Part shown: positions 9,115-17,423 of the stretch, one piece after another
Position numbering within the stretch: position 1 is the first letter of the stretch
How the letters are laid out: the number at the start of each line of letters is the position of its first letter
DNA from: Verrucomicrobiales bacterium
GTDB taxonomy: Bacteria; Verrucomicrobiota; Verrucomicrobiia; Verrucomicrobiales; DEV007
Length of the DNA stretch: 64,000 nt
Direction: 5' to 3'
Assembly (NCBI GenBank): GCA_041742015.1
Contig: JBGSJM010000216.1
Location: forward strand, 20,092 to 84,091
Notes under the pieces: generated by a model
Told to the model about the DNA's origin: nothing
The model's input: the letters and a program-made list of their open reading frames with translations, nothing else
Databases searched by the model: none
Made by a program: the position numbers and the translations under genes

Positions 9115-11370
9115 TCACCACCGTTTGGTTACCCCTAATCGGAACTGCCGTGATTCATAGGGATGGATATGACGATCCTCTATGGCGGGTTGTCCTTGCA
9201 ACTGCGATTCGTAGAAATACTCGATGTCATTGTCATCTGAATCAAAGAGATTGATCACTTCCAGGGACACCTCCCAGTTATCCGCGCTGCGATAGCCTAG
9301 ACGGGTGTTGAACTGAAGGGCATCCTGAGATTCCACACTGCCGTCTCCATTGAGGGGCCGTGGCGAAAAGTAGCGGGCTCGCAACGCGGCGAATACTCCC
9401 TCTTCACGGCCAAAATTGACTCCGCCGGAAACGCTTACCGGAACGGAATTTTCGATCTTCTCTCCAGTTTCAATAAAGCGGGCTTCGGTCACGTTAAATT
9501 CGGTATCAAACTGAAGCCAGGGTTGCGGCTTCCAGTAGTTTGACCATTCAAATCCATAACGCTCGCTGGCGTCTCCCGCTTCGATCGTGCCTGCATCCCC
9601 AACATAAACGAGTTCGGAATCGCTGTGCAGGTGCCAGACCGCTGCGGTTGAGGTCAGGTTCTCAATCGACGAATTGCGAATCCCAAATTCCGCCCCCCTG
9701 GTCCGAACCAAACCGGGAGCGGGGGAAAGAGGATCTCCGCTGTCAGGATCAACCGAAATGACCACTCCCCGGGCGTCGTTGCTGTGAAAACCCAGTCCGC
9801 CATTGAGGTAAAATTCGGTGTCATTCCAGGGGCCAAGAACGATGCCAGCCTTGGGACTGATGATGCCGTCCCACTTTTCGCCGGAGTTTTCCGGCAGGGA
9901 TCTGGCATCGACATCAAAATGAAAGAGATCAGCCCGGAGCCCGGTTTCCGTTCTCAGCCAGTCGTTCCAGATGATTTTGGCGTTTCCGTGAGTCGAAAAG
10001 CTGGCTTCGTAAATATCATCCTCCCGAACCGTGGAAACACGCTGCCGGGCCGAGGTCTTGTGCAGCCCGATGTCTTCAATCCAATCGTGATGAGTCCCCG
10101 CGCCCAGCGTAAGGGTCGTATCCCGGTCGAAAATCTGCAGGGTGTCGAAGGTGTGCTCGATACTGGCCCCGGCGAAGCGGCGATGATCCACCTGGTTGAA
10201 CTGATCGCCATTAACCGGATCATCCAGAAAGTAAGTAAAATTTGAAAACAGATTCAAGTCATAGGAGCCAGCATATACGGAGCCAGAGGTCACTCCGTCA
10301 TCGCCACTGGTTCGGAAATCAGCGGAAAGACTGTAGCGAGATGTCTCGCCTCCGTTTGTGGGATCGACAAACCCAAAACGGTCAAGAAGACCACTCTGAA
10401 CTGCCCCTTGTGGAATCTGATCGGTCCCATTCCAGGAGGAATCAAAACCCATCGCGGTGATCGAGAAAAAGTCCGCCTCATCTCCTTCAAAATATCGGAA
10501 AAAGCCGTTTACCCGGTTTAATTCATCGGGGTTCACCCAGGGGCCATCGTTATAATTGTACTCCAGGGCATAAGTGGCTACGCCGTCCCCGGCTGCAACC
10601 GAATCGGCCAACAGTCCACGATAATAATTGTCGGTTCCAATCGAGAAATTGGCGATTCCTTCGGGTAGTTCACGATAGAGGCGAAAGCGGGCCGCTCCTG
10701 CCGTGCTAAAATCGCCAAATTGCGAAAAGTAGGGCCCCTTCACATATTCCAACTCCTCAACCAGTTCGGGAATCAGGAAATTGATGTCGGCATAACCCTG
10801 ACCATGAGCGTGGGATCGATTGTTGACCGGCATGTTATCCACAAATATCGCAAAGTCGGTGCCGTGATCGAGGTTATAGCCACGCAGGAAATACTGGTTT
10901 GCCTTTCCGCCGCCGCTGTGTTGAGTCACGATCAATCCCGGAACCACTTCGAGCAGTTCCCCACGGCGCAGAAAAGGACGATCCATCAGCTCCTCTCCAC
11001 TGGCCCGCCCGGCGGATGCGGTTGGCGCGATCCCGATCAGGTCGATCTGCTTGCCCGGTGCCACATTGGCATCAAGCGTCGAAACCACTGGCGAAGAAAC
11101 GCCAGTGACTTGCCGGATCGGGGCCTGGACTGGACTTGGCTGGGAAGCTCTCACCACCGTTTCGGAAAGACTACTGGCTGAAGGTGCATTGTCATTAAGT
11201 CTTACCTCGGGATCTGGAGCCGGTGTCGGGGGGGGCGTCGGGACTGGTACAGACTCTCCGACCGGAGCCGGTATAACTGGAGCCGGAGTTGGTGCAGCAT
11301 CCTGGCTAGAACCGAGGAGCGGGAACAAGACAAAAAAACAACATACAAATTGGTTCAAAAAAGTTCTCAT
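9115..11370 (-). CDS. TonB-dependent receptor (possibly Ni/Co uptake)
   Basis: Plug motif QHSGGGKANQYFLRGYNLDHGTDF, IPELVEELEYVKGPY, beta-barrel C-terminus ending in W; Pro-rich N-terminal linker. Confidence 0.92.
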   Translation of the reverse strand: MRTFLNQFVCCFFVLFPLLGSSQDAAPTPAPVIPAPVGESVPVPTPPPTPAPDPEVRLNDNAPSASSLSETVVRASQPSPVQAPIRQVTGVSSPVVSTLDANVAPGKQIDLIGIAPTASAGRASGEELMDRPFLRRGELLEVVPGLIVTQHSGGGKANQYFLRGYNLDHGTDFAIFVDNMPVNNRSHAHGQGYADINFLIPELVEELEYVKGPYFSQFGDFSTAGAARFRLYRELPEGIANFSIGTDNYYRGLLADSVAAGDGVATYALEYNYNDGPWVNPDELNRVNGFFRYFEGDEADFFSITAMGFDSSWNGTDQIPQGAVQSGLLDRFGFVDPTNGGETSRYSLSADFRTSGDDGVTSGSVYAGSYDLNLFSNFTYFLDDPVNGDQFNQVDHRRFAGASIEHTFDTLQIFDRDTTLTLGAGTHHDWIEDIGLHKTSARQRVSTVREDDIYEASFSTHGNAKIIWNDWLRTETGLRADLFHFDVDARSLPENSGEKWDGIISPKAGIVLGPWNDTEFYLNGGLGFHSNDARGVVISVDPDSGDPLSPAPGLVRTRGAEFGIRNSSIENLTSTAAVWHLHSDSELVYVGDAGTIEAGDASERYGFEWSNYWKPQPWLQFDTEFNVTEARFIETGEKIENSVPVSVSGGVNFGREEGVFAALRARYFSPRPLNGDGSVESQDALQFNTRLGYRSADNWEVSLEVINLFDSDDNDIEYFYESQLQGQPAIEDRHIHPYESRQFRLGVTKRW

Positions 11371-11460
11371 CCCAATTTGAAACGAAATCTTTTGTTTCAC
11401 CCCACAGATTTACGGGTTCTTTTTAAAAAAAAATCGCGCCACGGCGATTTCTGTAGAAGA

Positions 11461-11518
11461 TTATTCTAAAATTCCGATCAACTTTTCAGCGAGAATCTTG
11501 CGGGCCCTGTAAAATCTT
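11461..11518 (-). repeat. Displaced copy of ECF sigma 3' end (att-like direct repeat)
   Basis: 51/58 identical to 13746-13803; encodes RFYRARKILAEKLIGILE*. Confidence 0.9.
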
Positions 11519-11778
11519 ATCGCTTCTCTTGCCAAAACATTCTCCGGCCAACCCATCTATCTCGGAGATGCCGAGTTCCGGTTTCCGTAGGGCATTGGCG
11601 ATAAACTCCTGCAGAATTGGCGGGTTCCGCCTGCACTAGGGCTAGAAGAGTTTGTTTCGTCTGTTCACGAGTTGTGCTTTTTATAATCAGATCATTAAAT
11701 AAACGAACTTTATTAACCAACTCGTGATCGCCGAAATGTTTAAATACTAAAACCTTACCAAGCCCCCCCATCATGCAT

Positions 11779-12564
11779 TCACCTCTTCGATTCACATTCG
11801 GTATCCAAACTTGGTCGAGATGTACCAACTAAATCATAGCGGCTCACGACGAGATCAAGGAAATGATGTGCTGTATCATAAAGGTAAACAAGATCAGACT
11901 CTGCTTGTTCGAGCGAGTAATTCTGCTGTTTGTGGTGGGCGAAGTCGTGCCTAAGCTGATCAAGACTCTTTATACGATCAGCACTGTAAGTGTAGTTTAT
12001 AACGTGGGATGTCGTAATTTTGCATTTAAGCAGGCGTGCTAGGATGTCGATTTTGTCAATAAGACTCTTATTCCGAAATGTCTCAAAATATTCGTCCAGT
12101 TTTACTCCAACGGCGTGTTCTATACCGTTTTCTAGAACATTTGATATTTCAATGGATTTCTTACCGATTAGTGACAACCAAGTCTCAGTGTCGCAGAGAC
12201 GAGTTAAATTCAGTAGCTTTTCGATTAAGTCCTCAATAAAAGAGTGGGCAAAGACAAGCCCACTGATTGCGACATAGGACATGATACAGGAGAGTTGACC
12301 CTCTGTATTTTTGATTGAACACGTAAAATAGGAATCATCATGGGGGCTTAACTCCGATCCTGCAAAGAATTTAGCATAATTGGGATTCAGCAACTGCGTT
12401 TGAAGTTTTTCAGCGTCATCTATCGCAATTGTTTCATATGAATGAGAGACAGCTCGCCTGATGTAATGCAACTTTAACACATTGGAGTACTCTGTGAAAA
12501 TTTGAGTCGCTAATTCAGAGACTCGGTACGATGCCTCAATTCTGTTGTGGAAGTGTTCAAGCAT
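11779..12564 (-). CDS. Hypothetical protein, possibly HEPN/RiboL-PSP-like
   Basis: 261 aa from ATG 12564, lower GC; C-terminal LRHDFAH resembles the HEPN Rx4H motif. Confidence 0.55.
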   Translation of the reverse strand: MLEHFHNRIEASYRVSELATQIFTEYSNVLKLHYIRRAVSHSYETIAIDDAEKLQTQLLNPNYAKFFAGSELSPHDDSYFTCSIKNTEGQLSCIMSYVAISGLVFAHSFIEDLIEKLLNLTRLCDTETWLSLIGKKSIEISNVLENGIEHAVGVKLDEYFETFRNKSLIDKIDILARLLKCKITTSHVINYTYSADRIKSLDQLRHDFAHHKQQNYSLEQAESDLVYLYDTAHHFLDLVVSRYDLVGTSRPSLDTECESKR

Positions 12565-12832
12565 AATTTGAAAACGAATTACAAGAACCACTGCGCTCCT
12601 GGATGGCATCTGCTTCGGGGCGCAGACTTGCGGGATCGCTAAGGAAGCCGCCGCCACAGTCGAGCGTGGGAAACCGCCAGACTTTCTTGGGCTGGGGATC
12701 CTCGGGAAAGCGGGCGACGAAGTGTTCGGCTGCCTTGCGCATAACCTCCGATAGCGAGCAATCCTGGCGGTCAGCAATGTCTTTGAGCCGCTGGTAGAGA
12801 GGCTCTGGAAACTGGATTTGGGTGCGTATCAT
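12557..12832 (-). CDS. CopG/RHH family antitoxin (orphan)
   Basis: MIRTQIQFPEPLYQRLKDIADRQDCSLSEVMRKAAE pattern. Confidence 0.8.
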   Translation of the reverse strand: MIRTQIQFPEPLYQRLKDIADRQDCSLSEVMRKAAEHFVARFPEDPQPKKVWRFPTLDCGGGFLSDPASLRPEADAIQERSGSCNSFSNYA

Positions 12833-13030
12833 GATGGATTTTATACATCTGGGGAGGCAGGGTGTCAAACTGCCCACACAGTGTCGAAAAACCGAGAACC
12901 TGGGTGCGCGGGGACAGACTCTATTCGGTGTCAGGCGAGGTTTGCCTTCCATGTCAGAAATTGGAGACCGACAGAAACCGGTCCCATGTCCGGCTTCTGT
13001 CAGATCCCGGCAAGAAAACAACACTTCGCC

Positions 13031-13176
13031 CTACACCCCCATCGCACGGGTGAGCGGGATGGAAAAGGTCTGCCGGATGGGCGGGTGGCTTCGGCGGTGG
13101 CAGGCCAGATGGCCTCGGCGGCGTGCTGGACGGCGGCGCGGCGGGTATTGATGATGTGGAGAAGGCCGTCGCGGTC
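13031..13176 (-). pseudogene. Frameshifted 3' gene remnant
   Basis: DRDGLLHIINTRRAAVQHAAEAIWPATAEATR, a 1-nt frameshift, then IRQTFSIPLTRAMGV*; GC3-rich codons, no start. Confidence 0.55.
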
Positions 13177-13198
13177 TCATTTTTGTAAAAATAGGGCT

Positions 13199-13606
13199 TC
13201 GCGGTAGAGAATTAAGGCTTCGCGGTAGAAAATAATCTCAAAACGGTAGAAAATTTAGTGCTCGCGGTAGAAATTTCCGATTTCGCGGTAGGAAAATAGC
13301 GTTTCGCGGTAGAAGTTGACCTTTCTGCGGTAGAACACGATTTAAAAACAGTAGAAAAATTTGTATCCGCGGTAGAGAATGGCCCGTCGCGGTAGAAAAA
13401 TGTCATTTCGCGGTAGAAAAATATCGTCTCGCGGTAGAAAAATATCGTCTCGCGGTAGAGAAATATCGTCTCGCGGTAGAGAAATATCGTCTCGCGGTAG
13501 AGAACGATTGTATCGCGGTAGAGAAGTGTCGTCCCGCAGTGGAGAAATAACGAGTCTCGGTAGGGGCAGATAGCGTCGCGCTGGGGAAAAATTATCCTGC
13601 GGTGGA
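13199..13606. repeat. 21-bp-period array, 20 units, conserved TCGCGGTAGA core with variable 11-bp interspaces
   Basis: Cores at 13199,13220,...,13367,13387 (one 20-bp step),13408,...,13597. Confidence 0.92.
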
Positions 13607-13620
13607 GGACCGCGTGGAAC

Positions 13621-13744
13621 GTAGCATGGGTTTTCTAACCCGTGAGGCGAATAAAGAAGAAAAAAGGGGGCACTCCCCACTGTGGCAAGCACGCTGTCTC
13701 GCCGGCCTTTTTTTCGGCTGCACGGGTATGAAAACCCGTGCTAC
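13621..13744. repeat. Inverted pair of GTAG-type REPs (REPIN-like)
   Basis: GTAGCATGGGTTTTCTAACCCGTG (13621-13644) and CACGGGTATGAAAACCCGTGCTAC (13721-13744). Confidence 0.8.
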
Positions 13745-13745
13745 A

Positions 13746-14387
13746 TTACTCCAAAATTCCGCTTAATTTTTCAGCGAGAATCTTGCGGGCTCGGTAAAAT
13801 CTTCCTTCCACCGCCCGGACCGATATTTTTAAAATAGCTGAGCACTCCTCCTGGGTTAATCCTTCGACTCCACAAAGAATCACCACCGCTCGAAACTTCT
13901 CCGGCAGGTCATCAATCGCCTGGAGAAGCTTTTCCCGGTCCCCCGCCCGCGCCGCCGCTTCGTCCGGTGCGGGGCGGTGACACAGACACTCCTGTCTGTG
14001 CCGGTCGGACTGGGAAAGCGGAGATGTCAGTTTCCCCTTCCGGGTTTCTTTCGACTTTAATCGATCCCGGCATTCATTTAAGGCAATGCTGTAGAGCCAG
14101 GTGGAAAATTTCCCCTCGGCCCGATACCGGGAAATCGCGAAATACGCATTTACAAAGGTGTCCTGAGTGGCTTCGCGAGCATCATCCACATCCGAAAGCC
14201 AGCGCAGACAAAAGCGAAAGATCAAATCCTGGTGCTGCGTGATCAATTCCGCAAAAGCCGCCTCATCACCCCTCACCGACCTGTGGACCAAATCAGCCTC
14301 CCCGGCAGACGACCGCCCCACCGACAAATCGGGTTCAGTAAGCGGAAAAAAACCGAAAAAATCGTCCAGATCAGCGGTAATGTCCAT
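13746..14387 (-). CDS. ECF RNA polymerase sigma factor (CnrH-like)
   Basis: GDEAAFAEL, DAREATQDTF, FSTWLYSIALN, LPEKFRAVVIL..EGLTQEE region 2/4 motifs. Confidence 0.92.
   Translation of the reverse strand: MDITADLDDFFGFFPLTEPDLSVGRSSAGEADLVHRSVRGDEAAFAELITQHQDLIFRFCLRWLSDVDDAREATQDTFVNAYFAISRYRAEGKFSTWLYSIALNECRDRLKSKETRKGKLTSPLSQSDRHRQECLCHRPAPDEAAARAGDREKLLQAIDDLPEKFRAVVILCGVEGLTQEECSAILKISVRAVEGRFYRARKILAEKLSGILE
13977..14000 (+). repeat. 24-bp REP inside sigma factor CDS
   Basis: GTGACACAGACACTCCTGTCTGTG; other copies at 51339, 53020, 58640. Confidence 0.85.
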
Positions 14388-14838
14388 GAGTCAAACTTTG
14401 ATAGGTCCATTCCAACAGCTTTTCACCCTGATCTGGGGAGAGATGCTGCTTCATCGCAAAAAAATGCTCCAGGGTGATCTCCTGGAGTCGGCCCTGAGCT
14501 GCGTGAAGCCGGATTCTTGATTCCTCGATTTTCGCCCGATCAGCGGGGTCTTCGCGAATCTGCCTGGCCAAAGCCAGCCCGGCATCTTTGATCTCATCCC
14601 GATAAGTTTTCTCCTGCTTTTCAAAAGCATGTTCGAGGGGGTGGAGGATCTGGTCCTGCTCCCTGGTGATTTGCAGATTATAATGAAGCCATTGATGCAG
14701 CGACTCTCCACCATTCCCGCTGCTGGTATCACCTCTCTGGGCCTCGCCAGGAGAAAAACGAGTCACTAGAAAAGCCACTCCCGCAGAAACCAGGACCGTT
14801 GTGATGCTCCAGAGCAGGGAATAGCGGGTCGGTTTCAT
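14371..14838 (-). CDS. Periplasmic heavy-metal sensor (CnrX-like)
   Basis: N-terminal TM, LHQWLH (Hx3H) and LEHFFAM (Hx3M), matching the CnrX Ni/Co ligand pattern. Confidence 0.85.
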   Translation of the reverse strand: MKPTRYSLLWSITTVLVSAGVAFLVTRFSPGEAQRGDTSSGNGGESLHQWLHYNLQITREQDQILHPLEHAFEKQEKTYRDEIKDAGLALARQIREDPADRAKIEESRIRLHAAQGRLQEITLEHFFAMKQHLSPDQGEKLLEWTYQSLTHGHYR

Positions 14839-14841
14839 GGT

Positions 14842-15108
14842 TTACTCCGGGATCACAAAATCAGAGTGGCCAAATTCTCTACTCACCGGCGGCACCAACT
14901 CTGATCGACCCGAAAAGGATAACCCGATCACCAGCGCCACGGTGATGGCAACCGCCGAAGCACCAATTAAAAAGCGACGATGCACGATGGCTGCCTGCCG
15001 CATCCGCCGCGCCGTCTCCATAACCGCTCCCGCAAATCCCTCGCTGAGACGGGGAGTTGCCTCATTGGCATAGTCCGAAAGCATCTTCTTGATCTGGGAA
15101 TCTCTCAC
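14842..15108 (-). CDS. Single-TM anti-sigma factor (CnrY-like)
   Basis: Short protein with PxLSEGFAGAVM motif and one TM helix, first gene of the Y-X-H order; start uncertain (GTG 15108). Confidence 0.7.
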   Translation of the reverse strand: MRDSQIKKMLSDYANEATPRLSEGFAGAVMETARRMRQAAIVHRRFLIGASAVAITVALVIGLSFSGRSELVPPVSREFGHSDFVIPE

Positions 15109-15148
15109 CGGAATAACCAAGACCAGTCCCAAAGGTTGTCAACGCTGG

Positions 15149-15208
15149 ATTGTACCCTGTTTGATCGGCCATTGTACTCTGTTAAATAGCCCATGGTACC
15201 CTGTCCAA
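15149..15208 (+). repeat. 22-bp-phased TGTACCCTGT cluster 2 (3 units, intergenic)
   Basis: Units at 15151, 15173, 15195. Confidence 0.88.
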
Positions 15209-15265
15209 TAAAAGCACATTCCAGACCTTGACGGAAGTCGCGTCGGACCTTAATCATCCCACACC

Positions 15266-15730
15266 ATGCCTGTTGAAATTGAGCGGAAATTCCTGGTGAC
15301 CAGCGATGAGTGGAGGACGGACTCGGTCGCTACGCCGATTGTTCAGGGTTTCTTGTCCCGCGATCCGGACCGGATTGTTCGTGTCCGGGTGCAGGGAGAT
15401 CAGGCTTTTCTGACCGTAAAGGGCCGAGCAGCGGGTATCACTCGGACAGAGGTTGAGTTTGCCATCCCCATTGAAACCGGACGCGAACTTTTGCTACTTT
15501 GTCTGGCTCCATTGATCCAGAAGACTCGACACGAAGTGATCGTCGGCTCGCACAAATGGGAGGTGGATGAGTTCCACAGCGAAAATGCCGGGCTTGTCGT
15601 TGCTGAGATCGAGTTGGGGTCTGAGGACGAGGTATTTGAGAAGCCGGATTGGATCGGACTTGAGGTCTCCCACGATTACCGCTACACAAATTCCCATTTG
15701 TCGGAGCATCCCTTTTCTACCTGGAGCTAG
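15266..15730 (+). CDS. CYTH domain protein (triphosphate tunnel enzyme)
   Basis: EIERKFLV, RVRV, KTRH, WEVDEF, AEIEL motifs. Confidence 0.93.
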   Translation: MPVEIERKFLVTSDEWRTDSVATPIVQGFLSRDPDRIVRVRVQGDQAFLTVKGRAAGITRTEVEFAIPIETGRELLLLCLAPLIQKTRHEVIVGSHKWEVDEFHSENAGLVVAEIELGSEDEVFEKPDWIGLEVSHDYRYTNSHLSEHPFSTWS

Positions 15731-17267
15731 ACAGAATCTCCCTGGCCGCCCGGTTCCCGGAATCAACCGCGCCATTCATAAAACCACTCGAAACGACGCT
15801 GGTGTGTTCACCCGCGAAGAGAAGCGAGCCATCACATTCCGTAGCGGCGGCGGCTTTTGCGATCCAGAGGTACTGCCCCACGAGAGGACAACTGTAGCTA
15901 CCTTCATTAAAGGGCATATTCGGCCAGTTCATAACCGCCTTGTTGTTGTCATGACTCGCTTTTATGCCGGGGAAAACCTGGTCTAGTTCATCCAGATAGG
16001 TCTTCATGGCATCTGCTGAGTATTTCACCCTGCGGGTAGCGCCCAACAAATTGGTGATGATCCCGCTTTTCCCTTCCTGGCCTCGGCTTGTTTCCCAAAC
16101 ATTCTGAAAGGTCGGTGCATCGCCAAACACGCTGCCGTTGAAAATTTCTGCTCCCTCCCTGGCGGGGGTGCGCCACACCTTTTCCGTGAAACCATACATG
16201 ACTTTCACATTCATCCCGTAGGCCATTTCCTTGATGGCTTTCTTTTTGCCATCACTCAAAGGCAGGTCATAGATCCCCGCGACTTTACGGAGCTGGGTAA
16301 AGGGAAGGGACAGGATCACTTTGGACCAGGTGGAAGTTTTTGGTTCCTTTTTAGTTTCTGTGGTGATCGAGATCCCTTTCTCGGACTGGGTGATCGCCAC
16401 GAGTCGTGCTCCCCGGTGAATGGTGATTTGGGTTTCCAGTAATTTCTCCAAAGCCTCCGGCACGCTGCCATTGCCACCTTTGATGCGAAGCGCTTCGTCG
16501 CTGTCTCCAAAAATTTTCAAACCCGCGCTGGTGTCCGGTTCGATAAAATCCACCAAATTCAAACAAGACATTTGGGCGGCCTCCAATCCGTATTCCGGTT
16601 CATAAGCAGCGATGATAAAGTCAATCACCCAGGGAGCCACCGTCTCGGAAGCCTTTTTCAGATAATCGGCCATCGAAATCTGGTCGAGTTCTGCGGCGTG
16701 GGCGGTGAAATTATCCTCGCTATCATACATCTTTTCGACATCAGCAGCGATAATCATCCCCAAAGGTTTAAACCCTTCGATGATGTCATGGTGTGAGTAA
16801 TGTTTTCCACCGAAGAAGAACTTGTCGCCGCCTTTTTCGCCTTCCAGAAGGTTTTGGGTTTCCAAGCCGAGTTCTTTGGCCAGTGCGAGAATGGCCGCAT
16901 GATTGGTGTCCACCAACTCGCCGCCCAACTCCACAAACATGCCTTCCTGGTTAAAATTACGTTTCGTAAACATCCTACCACCGACCCGGTCGGCGGCCTC
17001 AAACAAATGCACCTCGCGGCCCGCCGTCATCAATCGATAAGCAGCCGTCAGTCCAGCCGCACCACCACCCACAATCGCGATGGGTTCACCCTCGGCAGCC
17101 TGGACGCTGGATTCAGGCCATTGAAACACCGCCAGACCAGCGCTTGCGCCCGCCAACTGTAAAATCCGCCGCCGGCCAACGTGTCTTGCGGAGGAATCCT
17201 CGGGAAGCGATTCTTGCAGGAATTTGCGAACCTGACGTAACCATGGAGTGCGTGCGGATGTCATCAT
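15717..17267 (-). CDS. Flavin-dependent amine/L-amino acid oxidase, Tat-exported
   Basis: RRRILQ Tat motif, GGGAAGLTAA, EAADRVGGR, FAGEHT..GFMNGA. Confidence 0.9.
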   Translation of the reverse strand: MMTSARTPWLRQVRKFLQESLPEDSSARHVGRRRILQLAGASAGLAVFQWPESSVQAAEGEPIAIVGGGAAGLTAAYRLMTAGREVHLFEAADRVGGRMFTKRNFNQEGMFVELGGELVDTNHAAILALAKELGLETQNLLEGEKGGDKFFFGGKHYSHHDIIEGFKPLGMIIAADVEKMYDSEDNFTAHAAELDQISMADYLKKASETVAPWVIDFIIAAYEPEYGLEAAQMSCLNLVDFIEPDTSAGLKIFGDSDEALRIKGGNGSVPEALEKLLETQITIHRGARLVAITQSEKGISITTETKKEPKTSTWSKVILSLPFTQLRKVAGIYDLPLSDGKKKAIKEMAYGMNVKVMYGFTEKVWRTPAREGAEIFNGSVFGDAPTFQNVWETSRGQEGKSGIITNLLGATRRVKYSADAMKTYLDELDQVFPGIKASHDNNKAVMNWPNMPFNEGSYSCPLVGQYLWIAKAAAATECDGSLLFAGEHTSVVSSGFMNGAVDSGNRAAREILSSSR

Positions 17268-17423
17268 TGTGGGAATAATCGCGGTAACCGTAACCGAGCG
17301 AAAAAGGGACACAAGCAAAGATTGGTTATTTCAAGCTCCCGCCACGCCATGTTAGCCGGTTTTATGGAGCAGCCATTTTATCCGCCTCTTGAAATTTGCG
17401 GGAACACCTCTCAAGTTGGCTTT

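Larger units (their letters stand above)
11519..13745. mobile_element. Degenerate integrated island (no integrase left)
   Basis: Bounded by the 58-bp direct repeat; contains an AT-richer ORF, an orphan antitoxin, a gene remnant, a 21-bp array and a REP pair. Confidence 0.7.

Noticed and set aside
11411-11443. Possible CnrH-type promoter (CGTGG...CCGTA on the minus strand) before the TonB receptor
   Set aside because: Weak match and spacing appears too long; cannot be supported.
13199-13606. 21-bp array as CRISPR, or ORFs 13212-13406, 13342-13692 and 13379-13573 as real genes
   Set aside because: Core and interspace are too short for CRISPR; the ORFs are repeat-derived, overlap in several frames and lack credible starts.
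11461-13803. 58-bp repeat as a DGR template/variable repeat pair
   Set aside because: Differences are mostly synonymous and not adenine-specific; no reverse transcriptase in the window.
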